64,000 bases of DNA from Octopus sinensis (taxonomy: Eukaryota). The position numbers were made by a program, and so were the translations under genes. Below the pieces are notes generated by a model that made no database searches, was not told the DNA's origin, and saw only the letters and a list, made by a program, of their open reading frames with translations. The stretch spans positions 53,444,001-53,508,000 of the forward strand of contig NC_042997.1 in NCBI RefSeq assembly GCF_006345805.1, read 5' to 3'. Below, one piece after another: positions 1 through 12,062 of this stretch; within the stretch, counting starts at the first letter, position 1; every line of letters begins with the position of its first letter.

Positions 1-349
1 CCACAGTCAAATGACTGAAACAAGTAAAAGAGTATACAATTTCTAATAATAATAAATCTCTGAGTGTGGTATAAACAGTAGCTGCACGACATCATGAAAT
101 ATATTTGCCACTTAAATGTGGCTAACCCCTAAGGGTGGATGCTACTGTAGCTTGTAGCCTCCACTTAAATGTGGCTAACCCCTAAGGGTGAATGCTACTG
201 TAGCTTGTAGCCCCAGAGGTGTCCTCTGGGGCTATAAGCTGGCAAATATATTTCATGATGTTGTGCAGCTACAGTTTATACCTCACTCAGAGATTTATTA
301 TTATTAGAAATTGTATACTCTTTTACTTGTTTCAGTCATTTGACTGTGG
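1..349. repeat. Long inverted repeat (arms 1-110 and 240-349, left arm runs off the window) with two 53-bp tandem units in the spacer
   Basis: 1-110 is the near-exact reverse complement of 240-349. The unit ccacttaaatgtggctaacccctaagggtg...gtagcc starts at 108 and again at 161. Confidence 0.9.
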
Positions 350-652
350 CTATGCTGGAGCACTGCCTTTGGTTGAGCAAATCGATCCCAGGACTTATTC
401 TTTGTAAGCCTAGTACTTATTCTATCAGTCTCTTTTGCTGAACCGCTAAGTTACGGGGACGTAAACATACCAGCATCAGTTGTCAAGCGATGTTGGGGTG
501 GAGGACAAACACAGCCACACAAACATATACACACACACATACATATATATACATATATACGATGGGCTTCTTTCAGTTTCCGTCTACCAAATCCACTCAC
601 AAGGATTTGGTTGGCTCAAGGCCCAAGGTGCCACACAGTGGGACTGAACCCA
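316..652 (-). mobile_element. tRNA-derived CORE-type SINE (family A), partial
   Basis: Same sequence as the fuller copies at 19493-19900 and 41915-42333 (gggttcagtcccact B-box, ccttgggc core, tail ...gactgaaacaagtaaaagagta). Confidence 0.85.
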
Positions 653-923
653 GTTATTAAAATATTTTGGATATTATAGAAGTATAACCAATTAATTGCA
701 CCTAATTTTTAACAACAGATTCTTACATGGATCCCCAAGGGTCATATGAACCCCAGTTGAAAGCCTCTGTCTTTTCATATCTTAAAACTTTTTTTGTTTT
801 TATCAAAGTAGGAAAGAGTGTTTTGACTACTATAATTATTGTGGAGTATCAACTTCAAGTTGTTACTATAGTCAATTAAGAATATGATCTATTAATATTT
901 AGGATAGTTTTGCTTTACTTCTA

Positions 924-1068
924 CATCATCATCATCGTTTAACGTCCGTTCTCCATGCTAGCATGGGTTGGACGGTTCGACCGGGGATCTGGGAAGCCAG
1001 AAGGCTGCACCAGGCTCCAGTCTGATCTGGTAGTGTTTCTACAGCTGGATACCCTTCCTAATGCCACC
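924..1068 (-). mobile_element. RTE LINE 3' end with (GAT)n tail
   Basis: Reverse complement matches the 3' UTR at 5330-5468 of the RTE copy. Confidence 0.85.
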
Positions 1069-2285
1069 AGCCCTTCCTAACACCCTCCAATAAATATTTA
1101 TTCAGTGTCTCGACCTTGTAAAACTCATTGGAGTCTGAACTTTTTCAGAACTGGCAAGAGAACTCTACTAGAAACCAGAATGTTATTTTGATTTTTTAAC
1201 GACAAACACTGAAGTTTTCTTTCTGTTTAGAATTGAAATTTTTCTAAGAGATACCTTATTTTTACCTGTTGATTCTATTTTGGTATTTTCTTGGTTTTGC
1301 TTTTCTTTGTTAGAGAGTTTGTTATCGCATGCTTTTGTTACATTTTCATCTTTTGCTTTTATTTCTGTGTTTGTTTGAGTGTAGACTTGTTCATATGCAT
1401 GCATATATATTAGACCTTAGACAACGCCCCCCGCCCCCACCTCTCCTTTCTCCACTGACTTGATTGTTTGACCTCTATCATTGACCCATCCCCCAAGAAG
1501 GTTATTAGTTTTGTCGCCAGAGGATAGCCATGGATACTGTAGCAGTAGCATCTGTAATGACAGCAGCAGTAGTGATAGGGGGGAACAGTCAGTATAGGTG
1601 ACTGTACTACTGCTTATTGTCACTATGGCTGCTACTGCCTTTGCTTCCCCCCACCACCACCACCACCGTAGCTGCTGCTACCCTTGCTCTGAATGTTAAA
1701 CCAACCAGCAATCTATGAGCTGCAAGCTATTGATTTAGCGTTTCACCTCTTGTACATATATAACTTCAGTCTTGCTCAGCGGTCATCTGGTTTAGTTGCA
1801 GTTGCTATTGCTCAAAATCTATCGCCTGCAGCTTTAAAGCCTTATTTTTCAGCAGTCATCAACTGTTGATTTTTTTTCTCTCACTGCTCCTGCCCAACTT
1901 ATTCATTGTATCTTACCACATTCATCTATATATTCTGTTGTCTTTATGTATATAATTTTAATATAATATACCCTTTTTGTTCCCTCTGTTTGTGTCGGGT
2001 TTCCCTTCATCTCTGCATATGAATTTTTTACGGGTTAATTGAATGTTGTATTGATCAGATGCATAAGCTCCTTTAAACTAGATGTAGTCCTTGCTAAGTA
2101 CTAGTAATAATTGAATCACATAGATTGCATTTTATTGGGTGTGCTTTTCCAATTTTAAAATGAGGATTTTATTGAATTAAATAATATAAGGCAATTTCAT
2201 TTAATTCAATAAAATTAATAGCAATAAGGACTGGAAAAGGAGAGAAATCGTGTGTGTGTGTGTACATATTTGCATACATGCGTGC

Positions 2286-2327
<42 letters not shown>

Positions 2328-2600
2328 TTATATATATACATATACACACGTTTGTGTGTGTGGTGTGTAGTTAAGGAGTTTGCTTGGCAGCCATGGCAAC
2401 CATGTGGCTTGGGGTTTGATCCCATTGCATAGCGTCTTGGGCCAGTGCGTTCTGCTGCTATAGGTTTCGATTTACCGTTACTATGTCAGTGAAATTTGGT
2501 AGACAGAAGGTGTGCAGAAGCCTGTTGTCAAGTTTGCAGGTATATATATATATAGGTATGGTGATGCAAACAGGAAAAATAGAAATCAAAATATGAGTAT

Positions 2601-2718
2601 ATGTATATTTTTATTAATATTTAGCTGAAGCAAAGAAGCAACAGAATGACTCAAGGGCTGAGAGTTTCGTGCCACTGCATGAAACTCCTGGCCCTTGAGT
2701 CTCTAGCTTTTACTAAAT
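2601..2718. mobile_element. Short hairpin MITE-like element, same family as 36541-36708
   Basis: Shares atgtatattt..attaatatttagc..gaagcaacaga.tgactcaag with the 36541 copy and has an internal inverted repeat ctcaagggc...gcccttgag. Confidence 0.6.
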
Positions 2719-2751
2719 CATCATCATCATCATCAAATATTAATATATATA

Positions 2752-3065
2752 TATCATCATCATTTAACGTCTGCTTTCCATGCTGGCATGGGTTGGACGA
2801 TTTCTGGCCGAGTGTCTACAGCTGGATGCCCTTCCTAATGCCAGCCACTCCGAAAGTGTAGAGGTGCTTTTATGTGCCACCAGCACGAGGGCCAGTCAGG
2901 TGGTACAGGCAACGGCCACGCTCAGTGGTGTTTTTTACGTACCACCTGTACAGGAGCCAGTCCAGTGGCACTGGCAACGACCTTGCTTGAATATTGTTTT
3001 TCCCGTGCCACCAGCACAAGTGCCAGTAAGCCGACACTGGTAACAATCATGCTCGAATGGTGCAT
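2752..3065 (-). mobile_element. RTE LINE 3' UTR fragment
   Basis: (ATC)n followed by tttaacgtctgctttccatgctggcatggg...ggatgcccttcctaatgcc, plus the internal ~60-bp repeats. Confidence 0.85.
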
Positions 3066-3354
3066 TGTGTTTTTTTGTGAATTTATATTTATGTTCTAAA
3101 AATAGGAGTAGTTGATGTCAGTGTCCTTTATGTCCTATAACTTAACAATTTGATAAAAAGAAATTGATAAATAAGTATCTAAGTATCACAATGAAATAAA
3201 TTCTAGGGTCAATATGATCGATAAGGCAATGTCCTGGCATGACCATTATTTAATGACTGACATTGATAGAAGAATTATAGAATAAAAAATATAACTCGCT
3301 CACATATGCACACACATATCTGTGTGTGTGTGTGTATATATATATCTGTATGTA

Positions 3355-5468
3355 GGCTTGGAGAAGCCATTATGAAAGACTGCTGAATGAGGAGAATGAA
3401 TGGGAGGAGGAGAGCCTGCCAAATGTTGACCCAGTAGAGGGACCAGCTACCCGAATAGACAGCTCCCTTGTAGATAAGGCAATTAAGGATATGAAACCAG
3501 GCAAAGCCCCTGGCCTATCAGGAATCACTGCTGAGATGCTTAAAACAGCTGGCTATGTGGGCTATGCCATAGTCACCCGCATTGTAAACCAGGTAGTTCA
3601 CAATGGAGTCATACCCAATGACTGGTGCAGCAGCACCATAGTCAACTGCTACAAGGGTAAGGGTGATGCTCTAGATAGAAATAACTACAGAGGTATCAAA
3701 CTGTTGGACCAGGTGATGAAGGTCTCAGAGAAGGTCATAACCAATCTCATTAGGGAGAGAATTTGTTTAGATGAAATGCAGTTCGGTTTTGTACCAGGTA
3801 GAAGCACCACTGATGCTATATTCCTGGTCCGACAACTGCAGGAGAAGTACCTAGCTAAAGATAAACCCCTCTACATAGCTTTTGTAGACTTGGAGAAAGC
3901 CTTTGACAGGGTTCCCCGTTCCCTTATCTGGTGGTCGATGCGGAAACTGGAGATTGAAGAATGGCTAATAAGGGCTGTACAGGCTCTATACAGAGAGGCT
4001 GTCAGCAAGGTTAGGATTGGCAACGAATATAGTGAAGAATTCCGGGTAGAAGTAGGTGTGCACCAGGGCTCAGCCCTCAGTCCCCTTTTATTCATCATAG
4101 TCCTTCAGGCAATAACAGAGGAATTCAAAACGGGATGCCCCTGGGAGCTCCTCTATGCCGATGACCTAGCTCTCATAGCAGAATCACTACCGGAACTAGA
4201 AGAGAAATTTCGGGTGTGGAAGCAAGGGTTGGAATCAAAGGGCCTTAGAATAAATGTAGCAAAGACCAAAGTATTAGTAAGCAGCAAGAGGTACTCAGCA
4301 CACATCCCCTCGGGTAGGTGGCCCTGCTCAACCTGTAGGAAAGGTACAGGTAGAAACTCCATAAGATGCACCCAATGTAAGTTATGGACACATAAGAGGT
4401 GCAGCAACATTAAAGGGAAATTAACAGATAAGATAGCTTTCATGTTGCGGCAGATGCACAGGGACAATAGACACAACAGACACTCAGAAAACAGATTCCA
4501 TCACACTCCAGGGAGAGAAACTAGAAGTAGTTGATAGTTTCCGCTACCTGGGAGACCAAGTTAGTAGCGGAGGTGGATGCACAGAGAGTATCACCACTAG
4601 AATACGAATAGCCTGGGCAAAGTTCAGAAAGCTCCTACCCCTACTGGCAACAAAAGGTCTCTCCCTCAGAGCAAAAGGTAGATTGTATGATGCATGTGTG
4701 CGAACTGCCATGATTCACGGTAATGAAACATGGGCTGTGACTGCAGAAGACATGCGTAGACTTGAAAGAAATGAAGCTAGCATGATCCGCTGGATGTGTA
4801 GTGTCAGTGTGCACGCAAAACAGAGTGTAAGTATCCTGAGAGAAATGCTGGATATAAGAAGCATCAGATGTGGTGTGCAAGAGCGACGCTTGCGATGGTA
4901 TGGTCATGTGCTGCGGATGGATGAAGAGAGATGTGTGAAGAAGTGCCACTCCCAAACAGTTGAAGGTATCAGGGGGAGAGGTAGACCCAGGAAGACATGG
5001 GATGAGGTGGTCAAGCATGACCTCAGAGCATTGGGCCTCACTGAGGCAATGGCGAAGGACCGAGATCTCTGGAGATATGTTGTGACTACAAAGACCCGGG
5101 CTGCTTTCTGCAGCAATTCCACATACCCCCTACCCATTCTAAGTACCCCGGATCCCCAAGTACCCTGGATCCCCAAAGTACCCCGATCCCCAAAGTACCC
5201 CGGACCTCGTTGCCCCCGTGCCGCTGACACGTTAAAATGCTCGAACCGATTGTGACGATGCCGGACCCTCCGGCCCCTGTGCAGGTGGCACGTAAAAAGC
5301 ACCCAATCCACTCACGGAGTGGTTGGCGTTAGGAAGGGCATCCAGCCGTAGAAACTCTGCCAGATTCAGACTGGAGCCTGGAGCGGCCCCTGGCTTCCCA
5401 GACCCGGTCGAACCGTCCAACCCGTGCTAGCGTGGAAAGCGGACGTTAAACGATGATGATGATGATGA
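3355..5468 (+). mobile_element. 5'-truncated RTE-clade non-LTR retrotransposon (RT with one frameshift, PHD-like insert, 3' UTR, (GAT)n tail)
   Basis: ORF 3491-4534 carries RT motifs (KAPG, NYRGIKLL, QFGF, FVDLEKAFD, GVHQGSALSP, YADD). A +1 frameshift near 4445 leads into FRYLG...RRLRWYGHVLRM...RGRGRPRKTW, typical of RTE C-termini. Ends gttaaac(GAT)n. Confidence 0.95.
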
Positions 5469-7616
5469 TATATATATATATATATATACACACACAAAAT
5501 AAGTCTTATTTATTATACCCCACTTTATCCATTTCTCTCTCTCTCACATGTTTCTTGAAATTACTTTAATTCATCAGATTGGCCAACTGATATTTGTTTT
5601 TAACAATGCCCATATTAAGTTGCATGTCTGGCTTTATGAAATGGGTTATGTATTGATTAGACTATTAGCTTAATCTTTCACATTTCTATCTACTTTCCAA
5701 TCTGTATACTTCACAAATGTCTTCATGTATTTTTTTTTCCCCCCCATATATTCACTCGCATTCCTAGTTTCTCTGTTGCCACTCGTTTCTACTCACCTTG
5801 TACCGTGAGTTGTCTCTAGCACACCTTGTCATCACTGTTTATCTTTTTTTGCGGCTACTTCTAATTCATTCTCTTTTCTAAATGTCTGAAGTCATGTAGC
5901 TTCTCTACAACAAGGATCTGCTCTGTCCCATTCTCTCATACTTTAACCCCTAATTTCCAAGCATAAAACTGTCCCCCCCCACTCCTCTGGGGTTGTTGTC
6001 ATGCAAACTGCAAGGTCACTTTACTAGTACCCTTGGCATTAGAAAAGTACCCAGTATACATTGTGAAGTGGTTGGCATTAGGAAAGGCATCTAACCATAG
6101 AAGCCATACCAAACAGACACTGGAGCATGATGTTGTTCTTCAACTCAGTAGATCCTTTCAAACTATCGAACCCTTGCCTACATAAAATGTGGACAGGAAT
6201 TGATAATGATGATTCATATGACCCCAAAGATATATATCCCTCTTTGTTCCATTCAGTCTATCAGTTTCTTCTTGTCACTCCAAAATGTCTTATTCTCTTC
6301 CAGATTTGTGTTAACTACTTTACCCAATCATTCTTCTTCAGAATTGCTTCCTGTTGAAAGTCCCTTTCTGCTCATATTTTTTATCTATCCACTAAATGGT
6401 AACTATTCAGATTGAACATTTAACTACAAACATTTTTTACCTCTTTCCTCTTGTATCTATTTTGGAAACTCTAAATTAGTAAATATAAATAACAGTTTTT
6501 ATAGGTAACCGAGAGAGAGAGAGAGAGAGAGAGAGGAATCATTGTTATTCTTTAGCAGCAGGTCAGGTCAGTTCTGATCAAGCAGATTTATGATCAAAGG
6601 CTTCTAGCTATGGCCATTCTGACTTCATGCAAATATAATATGCCCTCGGCAACATTATCCAACTGCAGCAAATTATCAGAATTGTTGACCACTGGACAAA
6701 ATACTTGCGGCATATAGTTATAACATTTTATGTTTAAAACTTTCCAGGGTTTGCCTTTTATCTTTCTCTGGTCAAACATTGATTTAATATTCCTATAAAG
6801 CTTCCTTGATGTAAATGGAGTTATATTAGATGAATGTGCCTTTTTTAAGACTCTAGGGTAAAATTTCAGGGAGTTGTAACAGCACAGTCAATCACAGGTT
6901 GATTAATTGCTTATTGCTTTCAGGTAGGTTCAATATGCAGCATCCTAACAAATTGTTGCATGTGATTAAACCATAAAAAAATACTGAACTATTGACAGGT
7001 AGTATCTTTAAGCTTTATATGCTATAGTGAAAATAACAACATAAAAAATGAGATAAAATTTGCTTGAGGAGTGTCATACCATGTCCCATAAAAAAATTCA
7101 GATGAGATTTGCGTTTTACCATCATCTCCAGCACCAGCTTTTATTTATAAAGTCAGATTTGCTAGAGAACACTTTCATGATCTTTCTCCTTCCTTAGATT
7201 CACTTAAGAAGTTTAGAAAGAAAATCAAAGATAATTTGGATGACTTCTCATATGAGTTTGAGAACTTGTGGACCTAAATTAATGGAAAAGGATCAAACTT
7301 TATGTAGATCTTCCTTCAGAGGACAGTTATTTCTTGAACGAATGGCAGCTTTGACATAGTGTTGTCTGTAGGAGTACTGGATAGATTGAAAGAACAAATA
7401 GTTCTAAGTTGGGCCTGCTGCAGAAAACACCAGCAGTAAAGGTTTTCCAAACTATTTGCTGTGTTTTTTTAAAAAAGAAGGTTGAACAATGAAAGAAATG
7501 AAAGAGCTTCAAGTCATTTCTATTATTCATTTGCAGACCACTTTCTAGTGTTTGCTAGTTTCACTTTCATATTATTCTGGTAACTCTCTGCCTCTCTTTT
7601 ATTGTTATATTTCTAA

Positions 7617-7823
7617 TACAAGATGCTGAAAAGTTCCTGACTTTGGATAAAAGAAATTACAGGAGGATCAGTTCATTATGATTTTATTCAGCATATTCCC
7701 CTTTCAGATTCACACACTTATTGCAGCAGTTATTCAGTTTTTCTAAACCCTATAAAAGAAACTTGGAAGATTGGGCCCCCAATCAGTCCTTTTGTGATAC
7801 CCTTAAAGTCAGGAACTTTTCAT
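7617..7823. mobile_element. Mariner-type MITE
   Basis: Terminal inverted repeats tgaaaagttcctgacttt ... aaagtcaggaacttttca around a ~200-bp non-coding interior. Confidence 0.65.
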
Positions 7824-8627
7824 TTATATTTATTATTTTTATCTTATGGAATATACGATTAGCATAAAAATTATAATCTTGGTGGCTTAGTATTCTGGTC
7901 ATTAACATATCATGGAGTCATGTTCTGAAGAAAGCATACAGGATAAATAGTCAAGGATTAAGATATTCTGTACTGATCTTCAGCATGGTTCTGATGTTGC
8001 ATTGAACATATGTTGTATTTTCTTAGTCAAACCCCTTCAATAAAAACAAAAGAAATATTGTTAATTATCCGAACATTATTTACATCATTACTAGTCTTAT
8101 CTTAAAAATTTATGCAACATGAATATATTTAAAGATATGAATAATTTATGTAGTAACATGAATTAGTAATTATACTTACAGTTATTGTCTGTGTGTGACA
8201 CTTTTGTCACAGAAAGTGCCTGGGAAGAAATGGGGGAGAGAGAGAGAGAGTGCTCATATATGCATAGAAAAGTAATAGAGAAATAAGAATAAATGAGGAA
8301 GAAGAGCAACAAAAATTATTGCCACAAGTAGTGGACTTGAAAGATATTGTATATTGGATATTAGGAAGGACAGCTTATTTCTAATATAAATACTAGATAA
8401 AGTGGAAAAAATTTAACAAATATAAATTATAGTGTCTAGCAAATTCAGCAAATATCAGTAGGGTAGATACATACGTGGTATCATTATTGCATATCAAAAT
8501 AAAGTTGAATATTTGTAAAACAAATATTCATGAGATACTTATATTCAATATCAGGGTTGTGACCATAGTTTTTTTATTAAGTGATTATATAATATAAATA
8601 TATATATTTGTGTGTGTGTGTGTGTAT

Positions 8628-8892
8628 ATCACCATGACCGACCAGGCTATCAGATATTGCGTTCGCATTGTTTTAGCCTTCGAATGACGCCACCCCGCTG
8701 GCTAAGCGAGCAGGCCAACAGAAGAAAGAGTGGTGAAAGAGTACAGCTGGGATCACCACCCCCTGCCGGAGCCTCGTGGAGCTTTTAGGTGTTTTCGCTC
8801 AATAAACACTCACAACTCCCGGTCTGGGAATCGAAACCGCGATCCTACGACCGCGAGTCCGCTGCCCTAACCACTGGGTCATTGCACCTCCA
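8628..8892 (-). mobile_element. tRNA-derived SINE (family C)
   Basis: Minus strand begins ggaggtgcaatgacccagtggttagggcagcggactcgcggtcgtaggatcgcggtttcgattcccagacc: A-box and B-box followed by a non-tRNA body, set in TA/TG microsatellite. Confidence 0.8.
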
Positions 8893-8894
8893 TG

Positions 8895-8928
<34 letters not shown>

Positions 8929-9379
8929 ATATGTATGTATGTATACACCCACTTCAATGATTATCTGCCTTTTCTATCCCAACACATAGGAAATATTTGG
9001 TTAATTTTTGCATGCACTACAAAAATATTACATTTGAAGATGAAGAAGTCAGTATTGTAATAACTAATTTATTTATGCATTTTTATTTAACTGAACCACA
9101 ATCGCTACAAAGGAACAATAAAGTTCTTGGTGTGCTTAATAGAAGAAAAATGAAATCAGTAATTTTATTTTGAAAAGCAGTTTAATAAAGTATATTCCTA
9201 ACTCCTTTGTTTCACCTTTTGAAATGCTCTCTCACTCCTCAAGTTGAGATCCCTTGATATGCATCTATATTTGTTTTGGTTTGTTGAAGCATTAACAAAT
9301 TTGGGAATTGGCCATTTAAATAAGCTTGAATGCAAATCAAAGACTATATAATAGATTATAATTTATCAGGTAAAATAAA

Positions 9380-10427
9380 ACTTAGAGGAGGGCAAAAAAA
9401 GACAATTATTTTCTGCTGGTAGTGAAAAGGGTAAAAAGAAACAAAGTATATTGATTATAAAACAAAATATTTCAACTTATAGAAAGAAAATCCATTTCAG
9501 TGCTTACATGTGATTTTGATTTATCCCAGTTAAAGAGCTCTCTGCTAAATGAAAAGATAAGTGTTGTGTCAGTGGTGCAGTGAAAGCTTTTGCATCCATT
9601 AAATTTATAATCATCACAAAAATATAGAAAAGAAGATGGGCTATAATTGAGTAAATGGAAAAAATTTTTATCATAAGGACTGAGGACAAAATTAAAATAA
9701 GAAGAATATTGCTCATCCTTTTAGCAAGCAGAGTCTGTTTCAAACATTGAAAGACTGCACCAATGATACCAATATCAGATTTTTGTAGCAAGTCAGGGAT
9801 GGTTTAAACATTTTAAAACTGTATCATAATTTCTATGAGGCAAAGATAAGTGGAAAAGATAACAAGTGTTAATAAAAAATGGTGCAGATGCATTTAAAGA
9901 AACATTGCATAATATTATTGTTAGTAAGAGATATTTGCCAGAACAAATATTTAATGTTGATGAAAGTGGCTCATATTGGAAGTGCACACTTGAATATTCC
10001 TTTATTCATCAAGAGCTGAAAGCTTTGCCAGGTTTCATGGCATTTAAAGATTGAGTGACTCTTCTTGAGGAAAATGCGGTTGGGTTTAAAACTTATGTCA
10101 CTTTTTGTTCATCACTGTGAAAAACTCAAGTGCTTTCAAGAATGTTGGCAAGTACATGCTGCCTGTTACCTTACTACTTCAGTAAAAATGCATGGATGAC
10201 TAAACAAGTTCTTTGAAGATAGGTCAATAGAAATTTTTATTCACCAGATAAAGGAATATTGTAATTGTGAGAAAACTTCATTAAAATTTTTTATTTATTT
10301 TAAACAATATGAGTCGTATCTCTAGACAATTTGAATCTTAATATAAAAGTTGTTTAACTATTTCCAAAAATGATATCTCTAATCTAGCTTATGAATCAAA
10401 GACCTATATGTGTATTCAAAGCAGATT
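9380..10427 (+). mobile_element. Decayed Tigger/pogo (TIGD1/CENP-B-like) transposase
   Basis: Broken frames give FVASQGWFKHFK (CENP-B HTH), YLPEQIFNVDESGSYWK (first catalytic D region), PGFMAFKD and AWMT. Interrupted by an RTE tail at ~10428. Confidence 0.8.
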
Positions 10428-10712
10428 ATCATTGTCATTTAACGTCTGCTTTCCATGCTAGCATGAGTTGGACGATATGACTGAGGACTGGCAAACCAGA
10501 TGGCTGCACCAGGCTTCAATCTGATCTGGCAGAGTTTCTACAGCTGGATGCCCTTCCTAATGCTAACCACTCCGAGAGTGTAGTAGGTGCTTTTATGTGC
10601 CACCGGCACGATGGCCAGTCTGGCGGTACTGGCAATGGCCACGCTCAAATGGTGCTTTTTACATGCCACCAGCACAGGAGTCAGTCCAGTGGCACTGGCA
10701 ACGACCTCGGCA
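10428..10712 (-). mobile_element. RTE LINE 3' UTR fragment
   Basis: Matches the RTE 3' end family. Confidence 0.85.
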
Positions 10713-11354
10713 CATATTTTTTTTTTATTTTGTAAAACTGATTTTAGAAAACAGACTGTTCAATGAATTTTCTCAATAAACAGATGTCAATTTTGTAAAG
10801 TATAATTCTGCTGTAGAGAAAGCCCTCGATGACTCTACACTTTAAAATCTAATGAAAAGTAAAGCATTATGTAGTGATCTAAGTTACTTCAAAACACTTC
10901 AATTCTTTTTTTGGCACCAAAAGAAGTAGAAGGTTCATTTACAATCAGATAATATCTAATGTCTCTGTTTTGTTCAAATTTTCTGCAAATAGCTGATCAT
11001 CACTTTGAGCTTGTTCTTCTTCAATTTTTAGTCTTGTTGCACCTCTATGGCAAACAAAAGCTGATGTTTTATTCACTAATACTTCGAATTTCATACTCAA
11101 CTAATTCTTCAGAAAAAATGTCTTTGAAAAATTCTGTTTGCTTGTTTTCTTTTTAGAAAGAAATAAAACCAGTTCAACATGTTTATTTGTCAAAAGTTTG
11201 GGGATATGAAAATATTTAAGCTACCTTAGAAATTCCATTTGTCTTCTTGAAGAACTATAATTACCCAAGTTTTCTTTTTAGTAACATTACTAAAGTAGTT
11301 TCCTTGTGTGAAAGTTTCTTAAAATAAACTTCATAGAGACTTCAGTGGTCAATG

Positions 11355-11690
11355 CTCATCATCATCATCATCATCATCATCATTTAACATCCATTTTCCA
11401 TGCTGGCATTGTTGGATGGTATGACAGGAGCTGGTCAGCTGAAGAGTTGCCTGGGCTCCATGTCTGTTTTGGCATGGTTTCTATAGCTGGATGTCCTTCC
11501 TAATGCCAACCACTTTACAAAGTGTACTGGGTGCTTTTATGCAGCACCACCTCAGGTGGTTTTTATGTGGCACCAGCACCCATAGCCCACAAGATTAAGA
11601 ACACTCAGCTGAAGAGGAATGCAGGGGATGTACCTGTATGCAAGGATGACCACATACTTACTTAAATTGATGTGTCTTCTCAAGCACCAT
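11355..11690 (-). mobile_element. Older RTE LINE 3' UTR fragment
   Basis: (ATC)n tail followed by a diverged RTE 3' end. Confidence 0.75.
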
Positions 11691-11834
11691 ACTTTTTAAT
11701 TGAAAGTCTCTGTGAATTGAATTACTCTTAATGCTTTAGAGATACATCGTTTGAGTGTTAAAAGTCTTTCTATAGTACTTAAAAGGCTGTGCCACTTTGT
11801 TTTCTAGTCAAGGTTGAGCTTCACTTCTTTAATG

Positions 11835-12062
11835 TTAACCCTTTCGTTACCAACCCAGCTGAAACCGGCTCTGGCTCTGAGTACAAATGTCTTGTTTTCA
11901 TAAGTTTTGAATTAAAATCTTCCACCAAACCTTAGTCACAATTTATGCTCCTAACACTAGCTGAATGATAACCAAGTTATTTTACTAAATTCTTTGTTAT
12001 ATTTAAAGTAATTGAAAGAAACACAGAGCATCTCAAAATAAATACAGTAATGAAAGGGTTAA
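11835..12062. mobile_element. piggyBac-type MITE with TTAA target-site duplication
   Basis: TTAA|CCCTTTCGTTAC ... GTAATGAAAGGG|TTAA, 220 bp non-coding interior. Confidence 0.85.

Noticed and set aside
1183-1404. K/E/N-rich 73-aa minus-strand ORF
   Set aside because: No recognisable domain or splice partners. It is probably a TE remnant or a compositional ORF.
1420-1700. GC-box (gcccccgcccc) and CAG/CAC-rich stretch as a possible promoter or 5' exon
   Set aside because: A single motif with no supportable TSS or donor. It cannot be called from sequence alone.
5544-5580. Minus-strand CUGAUGA...GAAACAUGUG hammerhead-like string
   Set aside because: Stem II pairs poorly, the triplet would be GUG (not cleavable), and there is no stem I.
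6558-6575. AGGTCAGGTCA nuclear receptor-like element
   Set aside because: The half-sites overlap rather than forming a spaced direct repeat, and the context looks like a decayed repeat.
8810-8892. tRNA-like sequence on the minus strand
   Set aside because: It has A and B boxes but no proper acceptor stem and runs into a SINE body, so it is a SINE head.
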